Notes under the pieces: generated by a model
The model's database searches: none
What the model saw: the letters and a program-made list of their open reading frames with translations, nothing else
Told to the model about the DNA's origin: nothing
Translations under genes and position numbers: made by a program
Part shown: positions 52,345 to 64,000 of the stretch, in pieces
How the letters are laid out: each line of letters opens with the position of its first letter
Numbering within the stretch: the stretch's first letter is position 1
Assembly: GCF_000315625.1 (NCBI RefSeq)
Contig: NW_005434662.1
Span: forward strand, 705,479-769,478
Length of the DNA stretch: 64,000 nucleotides
Direction of reading: 5' to 3'
Source: Guillardia theta CCMP2712
Taxonomy: Eukaryota; Protista; Cryptophyta

Positions 52345-52719
52345 GTACCCTTTGATGTCGTACCCTTGACATCGTTGCACTTAGAACGATGCAACAGCAT
52401 CATGCCGAAATAGCACAAGCTAGAAGGGCGATACGGAGTTTTAAGTGGAGTACCTCCGGTACCGTGTCGGGTCAACGTGGCAGGGGTGCATCTTGTACGA
52501 TGGACCTGGCGGCTAGTCGTAAACTCAGTACAGACGGCATGTATAGTACTACGAGGATGAGACCTGACCGTACCTCAGCAAGATCATCTACGACACTATT
52601 TAAACCGGGAGAGGAGCGGCTCGAGCCTGTGTTGCGCGTCGCTGCTCGCTTCCTTGGCGGTCCCTTCATACGCTTTCTTGCTACTGCTGATACATAAACA
52701 AATCTAGCTTCATTCTTCA
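52345..52719 (+). mobile_element. Inverted upstream piece of the same Copia-like element
   Basis: Its frame (...ATADT*TNLASFF) continues in frame into TALSSELAPNKQLKVFKD on the minus strand at 48193, through a shared 16-bp sequence. Confidence 0.55.
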
Positions 52720-53028
52720 TTCTTCCACCGGTTTTGATATCAGAGTGTAGCCTATGATATTGTATTCTGGTTATTACCCAATTGCAAGATTGTGTACTTT
52801 CATGACTCTCTCCCCGAGGCTTTGCTTTGAGTCTCAGAGTCTCGATTCGTCATCCGGCGCAATCCAGTACATGACATCATAACTACCCATAAGAATATTT
52901 TGATATTCATCGATCTTTCCAATATCATCAGGCTTCCTTACTGACCATTGGCCATACCGTAGTGCCTGGGCCTCCTTCCACTGAACGTTCAGTGGGCCAT
53001 CCTAACAAGACCTTGAACTTTATTATCG

Positions 53029-56000
53029 CTATTGTACAGATTGTAGAACTTCCTGCTTCAGCTTCGTGATCTGCTCGCTGTGCAGATTTCCCAGCACGCT
53101 CAACTCCTCCACCGTCTGTCGCAGCGCGTCTACTTTGAGCATGTCGAGACGGACTGGAGGCGCAGCAGTCAGCAGGGGCAAGCAGGGAGGGCCAGGACTC
53201 ACAGTTGAGGTTGTCCTCGACTTTGACGAGATGCGGCTTCAGCTTCTCTTCAATCTCCTCTCCGCGCAGGCTGGACAGCTCCCCTACTCGACCTTCCAGC
53301 GCCCCCAAGCGTTGCTGCAGCTGCTTCAGGAGGAGAGACAAGGCAAAAGGGGTAGAGAACATACCTCCAGCCCCGCTGACCCTCCCTCCTCTTCTCCGCC
53401 CTTGCCCTTCTCTTCTAGGGCAATCACCCGCTCCTGTAACAAGGTCATCGAACCGGAAATTCTCAAGTCTCATCCTCTTCCCACCTTGAGGGCGGTTTCT
53501 TCCTCCCGAAGACCCTTCACTTCCTCCTCCAGCTTCTGCAAAGCTTCTGCCTGAGCTGCTTCCTGCTTGTATATTAGCCCCCCTCTCCTCCTCTTCCTCC
53601 TCCGACCAACCGCTTCTTTCCCCTCCTCCTGTGGGGGCTTGAACAGCACAGCCTCCTGCAACTTCTCCGTCTGGAGCGCGACTCGATCTAGCTTCGCTCT
53701 GAGCTCTGCGACAGCTTCCTTGACGTCCTCCAAGCTCGCCTGCTTCTCCTGCGTGCTGCTGCTCTCCTTAAGCTCCGAAGCCAACTTGTCCAAGGAGGAC
53801 GACATAGTCTCCTGCTGCTCCTTCATGCTCGACATCTGCTGCTCAAAGGTCTGCAGCTTCTCCTGCTGCGCTTGCAGGCCCTGCGTCAGGTCCTCTGCCC
53901 CCACCTTCCCTTCCAGCTCAGCCTTGGCTGATGCCAAGGAGGCGAGGAGGTTGTCTATCCTCTCCTTCGTGCTCGCCATCGCTGCCTGCTGGGCGCTGAT
54001 CTTCTCCTCCGCAGAGGCGCGCAGGCCATCCAACGAAGTCTCCTGCTCCCTTCCTCTCTGCTCAACGGCATCGACCCGAGCAGTGAGTAACTCGAGCGAC
54101 TGCTTTCTCGCATCCTCCATCCTCATGCTCTGCTCCTGCTGCTCCCGCGCTTGCTCCTGGGCCCGCGCGCTCATCTTCTCCCCCAGCTCCTTCATGCTTC
54201 CCTCCAGTCCCGCCAGCTCCTCCTCCATGTTCTTCAGCTTCAGGTTGTGCAAGTTCGCCATGTCGTCCAGTCGCTGCGACAGCTTCGCTGCCTCCTCCTC
54301 GCGGGAGCTCTTGACCTTCTCCAGCTCCTGCTGCAGGGAGGAGATCTCGCCCTCCTGCCTCCCTCCCGCCCCTTGAGCTCCTCTATCGCTTCCTCCAGGT
54401 GCCGCGACATTCCGTGCAGCCCGGTCGCGCTGCTCTCTTGCTGCGTCTCAAACCTCGTCCTCAGCTCCTTCAGCTCCTCCCGCATCTGCTGCTCTTGCAA
54501 CTGCGCTGCCAGGCTGTCGAGCCCTCGGACGACCTCCATCCTCTTGTAGACCTCGGTGATCGCTGCATCCCGCTCCTTCTGCTCCATGCTCGTGGCCGCT
54601 GCAACCTCCTCCACCCTCTTCTTCGTCGCCTCCTCTGTCTTCTTCTGTTCCTCTGCATGCGAGTAGAATCGAGCGGTGAGCCTCTGGAGATCGGAGGAGG
54701 AGGAGGCTTGCTGAGATTCGACGTCTGCCAGACGGGAGGACAACTTCGTCGTTTCCTCCTGAATCTCCTCCCTCATCGCCTCCCGCTTCCTCTTCTCCTC
54801 CTCCCTGCTCTCCAACAGCCTGGCGGACAGCCCGTTCACGTCCTCCCTGATCTTCTTCTCCCTCGCCACCGTTTCCTCTGTCACTTTCTTCAGCTCCTTC
54901 GCTATCCCTTCCACCGCCTCCTTGCGAGCGGTGCGTTCCGCCTTCACTTCCTCCACTGCCGCTTTCTGTCCCCTCTCAACTTCTTCTCGCAGCCCACCGA
55001 TCTCGCCTCTGACCTCCTTCACGACTTCCTTCCGCTTCTCCTTCTCCTCCTCCATCTTCTTGTTCATCCCCTCCTCCACTGCCGACACCTCGTTCCTCAT
55101 CCCCACCATCTCCGAGTGGGCGCGAGCCGCCTGTCTCTCCAGCTCCTCCTTGATCTTCAGCATGTTCCCGTCAGTCGCCTTCCTCAGACCCTCGTGCGCG
55201 TGCTTGAACGACTCCAGCGCTCCGATCATTTTCCTCTGATCCTCCAGCAGTTTCGAGTCCATCCTCGTCAGCTGCAGGGCGCTGTTCCTTGCATGCTCAG
55301 CGATGGTCGTCTGGATCTGCCGCAGTTCCTCTGCAAAGCTGTCCCGCACCTGCAGCGCCTGCTCCAGGTGACGTTTCATCCTCTCCTCAACCTCCTGCTT
55401 CCACCTCAGCATGTCCTTCCCCTGCTCGTCCACCCTCGAGCTTATCCCCCCCACCATCTGCGCCGTCCTCGTTGCCTCCTGCCTCGCCTGCAGCTGCTGC
55501 ACCGAAGTCTTGCCCTGAAAGTCCTCAAGAGCCTGCGACAGCTCCTGCACGCTTGCTGCCATGCCCTCCTGCTGCTTCCTGACGTGCTCCTCCAGCGAGC
55601 TGTGCGACTTTGCCACCTCCTGCTGGAGCGAGTCTATCCTGCTGCTCGTGCTGTTGAAGAAAATCTCCGGAGCTTCCTGCAGGTCCTTCATGACGTCGAG
55701 CATCTGAAAGAAGCGGTCAGAGGATGGCGAGGGGTCAAGAAGGAGGAGAGGGAGGACAAAAAGTGGGAGGGGGTGTGACTGAAGAGGGTGAAGAGGAAGA
55801 AAAAGGGAAGAAAAGATGACCAACAGAGGATGGTGAGGAGGACCAGGAGTGGGTGAGGGAAGGGAGAGGAGGAGGATACATGCAGCCGAAGATCCTCTAG
55901 CTCCTGCGCCTGGTGAGCGTTCTTCTGCTCAAGGTCTTCCCGGAGGGAGAGGATGTCGGAGGATGTGCGGGACTTCTCCTGCAGAACTTCGTCCTTGAGC

Positions 56001-58121
56001 TGCAGAGCAGAGCTCTGGAGCTCGAGGATGAACTTCTCAAGCTGCTCCCGCTTCTCCTCCTCACGACCGGAGCGATCATGAAGCTCGTCGTCGAGAGCTG
56101 ACAGGTCGCTCCTCAGCTTGTCAACTTTGTCCGTCAGCCCGACGTCTCTCACGTCCCGTCCTCCCTGAGCAAGTGAGTCAAGTAAACACACTCCCGCTCT
56201 CGTGCGACCCTCCCCCGAGCGTTCTCCTCCCCTCCTTCCACTTCCATCTTCACTCTCTCTTCCTCCTCCTCCTCTTCCTCCTCTTACCCCACTGTTCTCT
56301 TGAAGATTCTCCACCAACGAATTCAGGGATGAAAGCTGCAGGCGGATGCCGGCCAGATTCTCCTCCATCGACTCTCTGATCCTCTGCTCCACCTCCACCT
56401 GCTTCTCGCCCGTCCTCATCAGCTCCTTCGTCAGCTCCTCTCGAACTTCCTGAGCAATCCGCTCAGCATTCTCCGCAGAGACAATGACCTCCCGCGTCTG
56501 CCTCGCGCAAGTCTTTGTCTTGGCTCCCAGCAACTTCAGCTGTGCCTCCACCTTCTCCCCGCTCTTCTGCAGCGAAGATTTCAGCTCCTCCTCTATGCCC
56601 TCCATCTTTGTCCTCAGGTCTTCGAACGCCTCGAACCTCCCTCGAATCTCAGTTCTCACTATCTCCTCCAGGAAGCTCCTCTTCTTCTCCAGCGCCTCCC
56701 GCACGGCAGATGAGAACTCGTCCTGCTGCGACAGCCTCTCTGTGAACCGCTTGTGCACCGCTTCCACCAGCGCTGCATGCTCCACGTCCGCTGACTTGAT
56801 CGCTTCTGCCAGCGCTCGCGTCACCACCTCCAGATCTTTCTGCATCCTGCCCTCAAGCTTCGACCTCGCCTCCTGCTCCTGCTCTAGCGCCTCCCTCATC
56901 CCCTGCAGCCTCTCCTCGCTCGCCATCGACTCTTCCAGCATCCTCTGCTCCTGCGATCGGCTTTCTTTCTCCACCTTCTCCTTCAGCATCACAAACAGAC
57001 CAGACGCCTCCGAGTCCAGCCGGTTCAGCTCCTTCTTTACCTCCAGCATTCGCTTTCGCACGTCCTCAAACTCGCTCCGTACCTTGCTCCAGTAATCCTC
57101 CTGCGAGCGGTCTACGTACTCCCTCGACTCGGGCATCACCTGGTCCTCCATCTTCCTGATCCTCCACTTCACCTCCTCCACTTCCGCCTGCGCCTGCGCG
57201 TACAGATCCTTCTGCGCTGCCTCCCCCTCCCTTGCCCTCTTCCTCTGGACGTCAGCCTGGTCCTTCATCTCCGACAGCGACGACTGCAGTAGCTGCTGGC
57301 TCTCTTCAAGGCTGATGAGCCTTGAGGACTGATTCTCCAGCATCCTCGTCAACTCCTCCTTCTCCTTGATCGACGTCGCCAGAGCCTCCTCCTTCTCCCT
57401 TAGGGCCTCCTGGAAGTACCCCCTCAACTCCTTCACCTCTGTGGCCAGCTCCCTCATCGCCTCCCTGTGCGCCCCCGAAGACTTCTGCGCATCTTCTCTC
57501 AGCTCGAAGAGTCTCGACTGCATCTGACTCTGAATGAGATCCCCTTGGTGCAGCTTCTCACTCATCGCCTGCCGTTCACGAAGGAGGTGCTGGATGTTCT
57601 CCTCCATCCCTGTCAACTTCGTGTTCAGCTCCGACACAACCTGCACAGAGGAGCTGGTCTGTGCGACAAAGATCTGCTCCCATCGCCGGAAGAGCTGGAT
57701 GACCTCTGGCTGCATGCTCGCCGACCGGAATGCCGTCGGGTCGTCAACATGGTAGGCTCCGTTCTGCAGGGCGGCCTCGTAGGACTGCTGCATTCGTTTG
57801 AGGAAGTTGTCCTTGTCCGAAGACGGCTGGTAGCTCACGAAGGGAACTGTCTGCTTGTCGTTGTAGTTGAACTGTGTTTGAGGGTTCTGACGATTCATCT
57901 CGCTGGCTCTGATCTGCCGTTTGTCCTGCACATGCACATCAGGTAACTCGACCTTGGTCGGAATCTTCTTCTCCTTTCACCTGGAACTTTCTAAGACGAT
58001 CGGCCTCAGCTTGCTCTTGAAGGTCCTTGAGATACTGTCGCTTCTTCTGAATGGAGACCTCTACACCGTCCGGGTCCACCAGGTTCGGAAGGACACCTCC
58101 CCGATTGTTCCGTTCTGCCAT
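53029..58121 (-). CDS. Very large coiled-coil protein (~1500 aa), function unknown
   Basis: Consecutive long E/Q/K/R-rich ORFs (55688-57937, 54240-55823, 53470-54261) linked by short introns. Confidence 0.8.
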
Positions 58122-58633
58122 GGTCCACAGATTGCGACCTTGGCAGTTCTCCTCCTGGTAAACTCACTCTACCTGTGCTCCTCCTCTTCTGCTCTCTTCT
58201 TCTCTCCCTTCCTCAGCTCTTCTCTCTCCTCCTCCTGCTCCTCTCAGCCCCCACTGCTCAACATCCAACTCCCTCCCCCACCATGAAAGCCGTTGAAACA
58301 TTTTACTCAACAAAATTAGAATAGTTTTAATTGAAGCGAGGTGGGCCCGGTCCTAGTGGCACCGGGCCCGGCGACCGTACCGTACGGTACTGGCGACGGT
58401 GACCGTCAGTCACACGCCCGGCCGCCGGCCCGACTGGGTGAGTGACGCTCAGTGACTCACACCTTGGAGGCTGCCGGTACGGCCGGGCCGGGAACTCGGA
58501 ACGGCATTCCGAAGTTCCACTGCCCTGAGCCTGACTTACTAGGCTACGGATAAATCATGGCATAGCATTTATCAAGTTCTCAGTCTAACTTGTAGTGGCC
58601 ACTGGCAGGGCTGGTCTGATCATCCTTGCCGAG

Positions 58634-60071
58634 TCAGCAGCTAGTCTGCTGTGTCCTCCCTTCCTCCACAGTAATCTCCTCCACAGAATTCCCGCGCAGC
58701 CTCGTGCCTGTCGCCGCCGCAGCCCACGACCTGAGAAAACTTGGCAGTCAGGTGGGCAGGGATTGAGAAGAAGAAAGAGAAACTACGTCTCGGAATTCAT
58801 CCCACTTCTTGTGAATCCACCTGCGGGAGATTGCAGTCAGAGTCTACATCCTAAAACTCGCTGCACCATGACATCACCATCGCGAGTCGGGAGCCTGAGA
58901 ACGGATCGGGATTTCTTCCGCCGGCTTGTCATACTGGGGCTCCGCAAGCTTGTTGGTTGCACTGACAGTTGAGGTGAGTCATCAGAGGAGGCGGACAAGG
59001 GGAGCCACACCCGAGCTTCTGGAAGGAGGGGACTTGCTTCGATGTAGAATCTGGGCAGGGCGTTAGTCAAGACCGCCTGACACACTTCAACTGTAGCCGT
59101 ACCCATCATCGGATGCGCATGGACTAGCTTCCCTTGCACATACTCCACGCTGAACCTGATGGTGGTTGAATGAGCCTGCCTTACACGGCTCCCATGCTCT
59201 CACTTCCTCCCGTCTTTCTCCGTCTTCTTGCCCGCCTTGTCGTGCATGACGTCGTTTTTCCAACTGCCGAGGGAGTCAGTCCCACGTCAGGCACTGGGCA
59301 TACGGCCTTACTTTCCCTCGTACTTGCTGCCATCGATCCACGTAAACACCCCGAAACCTTCCTTCTTGCCTGACAACAGAAGTTTTTAACGGCAAAGGGC
59401 ATAGAAAGCGTATCTGTCACTGACCGTTCGCGTATTCTCCCTCGTAGACCCCCGTGTTGCCTTCGTATCGTCCCCTTCCATGTTTCTTGTTCTCAACAAA
59501 CTCTCCCTCGAATCTTGCCAATACTTCGTCACTCACAGCATAATCAGTAAACCAAAAGTGCACAACCTTCGATTGTCTGGAAATTTGATTGTCCCTTTCC
59601 CATGAATCTTTCCCATGTTGTACTCGCCATCGTACACGTTTCCTGGAGGAGAGCTGAGATCAACAAAGACATCTCTGACATGCTTCTACACCATTCTTGA
59701 ACTGATATTTTCCTCTCCCATGAGGAACTCCTTCGAAGTAGCTTCCGCTGTATCCTGAACGAGCAAAGCGTCAGGCAAATCGCTACCTTCCTCTCCGTCT
59801 TCCTCTGACGTACTTTCTCCCTCTACAGTCTCACAGACGCCTTCTCCATGCATCTTCCCATCCTTCCAGTCGCCGGTGTATCTACTACCATGAGAGTCTT
59901 CAAACATTCCGTGCCCTTCCCAACATTCCGTCAGACCCCACTTGAGCAGCCCGTGCTGTCACCATGCATCTTGCCGTTGCGTATGGAGCCGCGATAGCTC
60001 GCGCCATTGCTGAACTTGTACACATCTCCCTGCTTCTTGGGTTTCTCCAGCGGAATTGAAAGAGGCTCCAT
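58634..60071 (-). CDS. MORN-repeat protein (3' end approximate)
   Basis: Repeated YxGxWxxGKMHGxG units: YTGDWKDGKMHGEG, YDGEYNMGKIHGKG, FEGEFVENKKHGRG. Confidence 0.88.
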
Positions 60072-60562
60072 CGTCGCGTCTCGTCGTTAATTCCTCTTCC
60101 TAGTCCTCTCCCTTCCTCTTCCTCCTTTGTTCAACTTCCCTCCTCTGTATCGTTGTTCTGTTTCCTCTGCTCTTGCCTGATCTCTCACGTTGTTCCTCTT
60201 CCTCTCCTCTTCCTCTCCTCTTCTCAGTCTCCTCACAAACTCAGGAAAATCTGCATTTTGACGTCTCCTACCTAGCGGCGAACCGGAAAAAAAGAGAAAA
60301 AAAGAGTCATTCCAGCGAGGATCGGCCGGTGTAAAACTTCCTCTAAAAAAATTCGTCGTGATTGACGGTGGGCGATAAGACTGAGAAATTCTTTGGGCAT
60401 TCAGAACCTTTACTAACCACACGAGGGAAATCTCCACGAGATGTCATGAAACAGTCATCGAGCGTGTCTTCCAACAGTCTGACAGCAAGACACCAACTTG
60501 CAAGAAAGACCGTCACCTACTATCAACTATGAGACTGGTCGAGTACAGTCCATTCTCAAAAT

Positions 60563-62210
60563 TCAGATCCTTGTCAAGCATGCTCGACAGAAAGGACAGC
60601 ACGTGTTCGTTCGGAGCCATGGCCTGATGCAGCCTTCATGAAAGAAATGCCGGCAGGGTAGCTGCCAACCCTCCAGGTTGGCCTCCACCTTCTCAAGGCA
60701 GATGCAGCAGTCTCCCTAGAGCGATCTCAACAGTCAGTGGACGCATGCTGCTAGTCTCGATCCGATTCACCTCCTTCCTCCCCTCCAAGTCTCTCAGTCG
60801 CTTTGCTATGTTGCTCAGCCTCTCCAGCTGGTGAGCCTTGAGCCCAAGTTTCTGCCACAGCTGTGAGAGGAACGTGAGCACACCGTCGGCCGCCACCTTG
60901 ACTGAGTTGTCAAGCTCTAACAGACGTTCGTAAGACATGTCTTCCACCTCCCACTTCTGTTCGTCAGCCAACAGAGGAAAAGTTGAAGGTACAGCATTCA
61001 CCTCCCGTGAGTCTGCCGGACGGCCCATCCTGGAGGGAAGAGAGGAGACTGCACGTCTGTCGTGACTCGGAAGCTCCTCAGTGCCTCGGAGACTCGGTCA
61101 TGGTCTCCCCTCTCAGAAGATTCACCAGTCTCTGCATGCCGGTCAGCCTCTCGTCCCTGAGAGGACCTTGGAGGATCCCGATGTAAGAAAGAACTCGATC
61201 TTGAGTGAAGGCTCTGGGGCACATCCCAAGGGTCCCCGACGCCCAGTGGTGCTGGTCCTTCGATCATCATGTAGAGCCTTGCCTGCAGCTCCTCCGCTAG
61301 CTGGTTGTCGACACAACTTTGCGCTTCCTGCGCTGCTGTAGCAGCGGCTGTCTCAGCAGCTCGAACGCTCGACCTCGCGTCCTCGAGAAGCGTCTGCAAA
61401 ACAACAAAGATTCAAACGAGAGGATCAGTGACATCAAACCCCAACCTGTTGCATCTCCTCGTCTGACTCGGAGGCCAGGGAGTACCAGGGAGTCGGAGCA
61501 CACCTTGAGCTGGGACGCGAAGATCGAGACCCGTGCTCTTGATCGCCTACTGGACCTGCTTGCTGATCGCCTGCATTGTCTTTCTTGCGAGCCCATTCTT
61601 GCAGTCTGTTGGCGCTCAACGGCCGACGCTGCCTTGGTGGCTCCCCGAGCACTTGCATTTCCTCCTGCCTCAAGGGGAGAGTGACTAACCCTTGTCTTGC
61701 CAGCGGCCTCCTGCTCTTGGCAGCAGGGGGCGAGTGTACCATTAGAAAGTTACCATGTGCGTCATACATCCCCTTGAACTTGTTCGGATCAGCATGCTGG
61801 TCCAGCTCCTGGGTTGGGGGCTCCTCCTCCGGAGGCTCGTCCTGCAGGATGCCGTGCGATCTCAAGAAAGCTTCTGAGATCAACCTCCGGCTCCCAGCGG
61901 AGAAGGGCCGGGGAGTCGATCTCCTAGTCGGCCGCCCTGGGCTCATCCAGCCCTCGTGGCTGCACCTGGGCGGTAGCGCCGACTCGGAGGGATCGGCTTC
62001 AGCAGCTTTGGATCTCACTGCCTGCGGGGGGGCCCTTGGAGAGCTGACCTGAGACTGTTCAGCCCCCGCATGCTGATCCCTCCGAGCTGATCTGACAGCG
62101 GCGCATCCTGGGACGGATGCTCCTTTGGTGTTTTGCTTCCATGGCTTGTTGCCAGCGTCTCTTACAGCTGTTGAAGTGTTCCTGCCCTTGGGATTCTTCC
62201 CAGCGATCAT
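60563..62210 (-). CDS. RING-H2 E3 ubiquitin ligase
   Basis: DMSYERLLEL motif followed by CCICLE...LPCRHFFHEGCIRPWL...CPFCR. Confidence 0.88.
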
Positions 62211-62960
62211 GGTGGAGCAAGGCGATCGGAACAAGGCAACTAGAGGTTATATCTCGAGCAGAGTCCATCACATCACTATGCTGGTTGTATCATCGTCTAC
62301 TGCAGGCTCATTGATACGGGATCAGATGCAGGATCTGAGTCGAACTGGACGCTACGTCCAGCTCTCCGGTGGACTTCCTTTGCCCCTCCAGCTTTCCTGC
62401 TGTCTCCTCGTGTAGCCACACCTGAAAGGAGGTCAACAATACAGAAACTCTCGAGCATCGAGTCGTTGTTTCAATTCCTTTTCCTCTCTCTTCAATTCTT
62501 CATTCAACTCCCTTGATCTGTTCTTCTGCGCAACACATCATGCTTCTCATCCACAATCTTCCTCCTCCTCATCATCATCAACATCACCATTATGAACATG
62601 AACATGAAGATGAAGATGAACATGAAGATGAAGATGAACATGAACATAAACATCCTGATCCATATCCATCGCCCTCTCCCTCTCATCCTCCTCTCTTTCA
62701 TTCTTTGCCTTCTCCTCCCCTGCTCCTTCATGTCCGGCACGCTTCCGAACTCCATGGGCCGCTCTTTCGCCTCTATGCCGTTAGGGGGTGGGTATCTCAT
62801 GGGGGGTGGTGTATTTGCAGACAAGGGTGGGTAGGATGCATATCATCTATATGATAGTAAAGCACAGGGGTGATAGCATGATGAAGAAGGGGTGACTATC
62901 TTGAAGGGGGTGACATTGAAATTGAGGGGGTAGGGGTGATCTCGCTAGTCAACAAGCGAG

Positions 62961-64000
62961 ATGGCAGTTGGACTTGTCGCAGAGAGCGACGGAGATGGCG
63001 GGATCAGGCTCAAGATCGCCAAAGGAGATGAGATAGAGAGCGTGATGGTAAGTCCAGAGATGTTCTTGTGTTGAGTTCGAACATGTGACAACCTTACAAA
63101 CCTCGCATTCCCTCAACTCGTTCCTCTGAAGCTATTTTTCAGCACCCTTGTCTTTGCGACCATGACGTAATCATGGTACAGGTGATCGTGAAGCAGCTGC
63201 AGTCAGAGCAGAAGTCTATGGTGAAAAAGTTTGAGGAGTCACAGATGCAGATTGCTTCTCTTAAACGCGAAAACGACGCCTTGAAGAAAGAACTGGGGGA
63301 CCTGACGTCCATCAAACTTCACATCGGCGAGCTCGTCAACAGCCTGAATCAGATCAAGCAGAGACAGGATTCTTTCGAGGAGTTCATCGAGGCCAAGAAC
63401 AAAGAAACGGAGAAAGTCAAGGCTATGATGGATAACGTGAAGCAGCAGAATGGGAAGGATTTGCAGAATATCAAGGAGCTCGAGGACAAAGTTGACAAGG
63501 TGGAGCGGGAGTACTTAGCGTTCAATTCTTACACCGTCAGGAGCATCAACACATTGCAAGAGGAGCTGCATCAGCAGCAAGTGCTCGTACATGAGCGGGT
63601 AGGCTACAAAGAGCTGAATGTATTGAAGGAGGAGTGGGAGAGCGAGTCAAAGAGGGTAGCAGCCTCAGTGAAGGAGTTCGAGGCGGTGATAGAAGACAGG
63701 CTGCGAGGAAAGGCCGATCTCACCGAGATCAAGATGAAGCTGGATCGTTACGAGCTCGACGACCTGCTGTCAAACTTCACACAGTCGATTGAGGAAAAAC
63801 TTCGCTCTCGGGGAAAGATTGTCCAAGAAATCCGAGACGACGTAGACGCCATCCTTGCCCTCATGGTCCAGGACGCCAACGTGGCCGCGGTGACCACTCA
63901 ATGCCTCTCATGCGAGAAAACTTCAGTCAGCATGCGCCCTGGCCCTCCTCCGGGCAGCGGGAGGGAGCCGGTCCTGATGGAGGGGAGCGACGGGCGGTAC
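62961..64000 (+). CDS. Coiled-coil protein, possibly QRICH2/C16orf96 (DUF4795)-like; runs off the window
   Basis: Open frame from ~63182 to the end; KADLTEIKMKLDRYELD and TTQCLSCEK. Confidence 0.6.

Noticed and set aside
53567-55778. Long plus-strand ORFs (269 and 459 aa)
   Set aside because: Antisense shadows of the coiled-coil gene (Leu/Ser-rich mirror of Glu/Lys codons); the same applies to 36624-37751 and 28535-29263
62504-62854. ORFs with MFMFIF or HEHEDE repeats
   Set aside because: Products of an (ATGAAC/ATGAAG)n microsatellite in a probable non-coding region

Overview
Gene-dense eukaryotic nuclear DNA with many short (mostly ~30-60 nt) GT/GC-AG introns. Several proteins carry bipartite signal-peptide + Phe leaders, which points to an alga with a secondary red plastid. 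A cryptophyte such as Guillardia theta is my inference and is not verified. About 22 intron-containing genes are recognisable, including RPL32, APRT, ATP12, a pheophytinase-like hydrolase, GMD, a PPR-TrmB fusion, Rae1, a sorting nexin, alanine aminotransferase, FTO, a SET-domain protein, an HSL-type lipase, an RCCR-like reductase, a multi-domain glycosyltransferase, MORN and RING proteins and several coiled-coil proteins. There are two 100-N gaps, and a decayed Copia-like element is split by a ~4 kb near-perfect palindrome carrying two head-to-head copies of a membrane-protein gene. The most notable signals are: (1) Rae1 with a signal peptide and leader ending in the exact ubiquitin C-terminal motif LRLRGG, suggesting a deubiquitinase-cleaved targeting leader for periplastid/nucleomorph proteins; (2) a GT2-like+GT6+GT11-like glycosyltransferase fusion resembling an ABO-type glycan assembly line; (3) a DysF-PA-HSL lipase architecture; (4) the palindrome/inversion. 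Exon joins were made by eye, and gene ends are approximate where stated.
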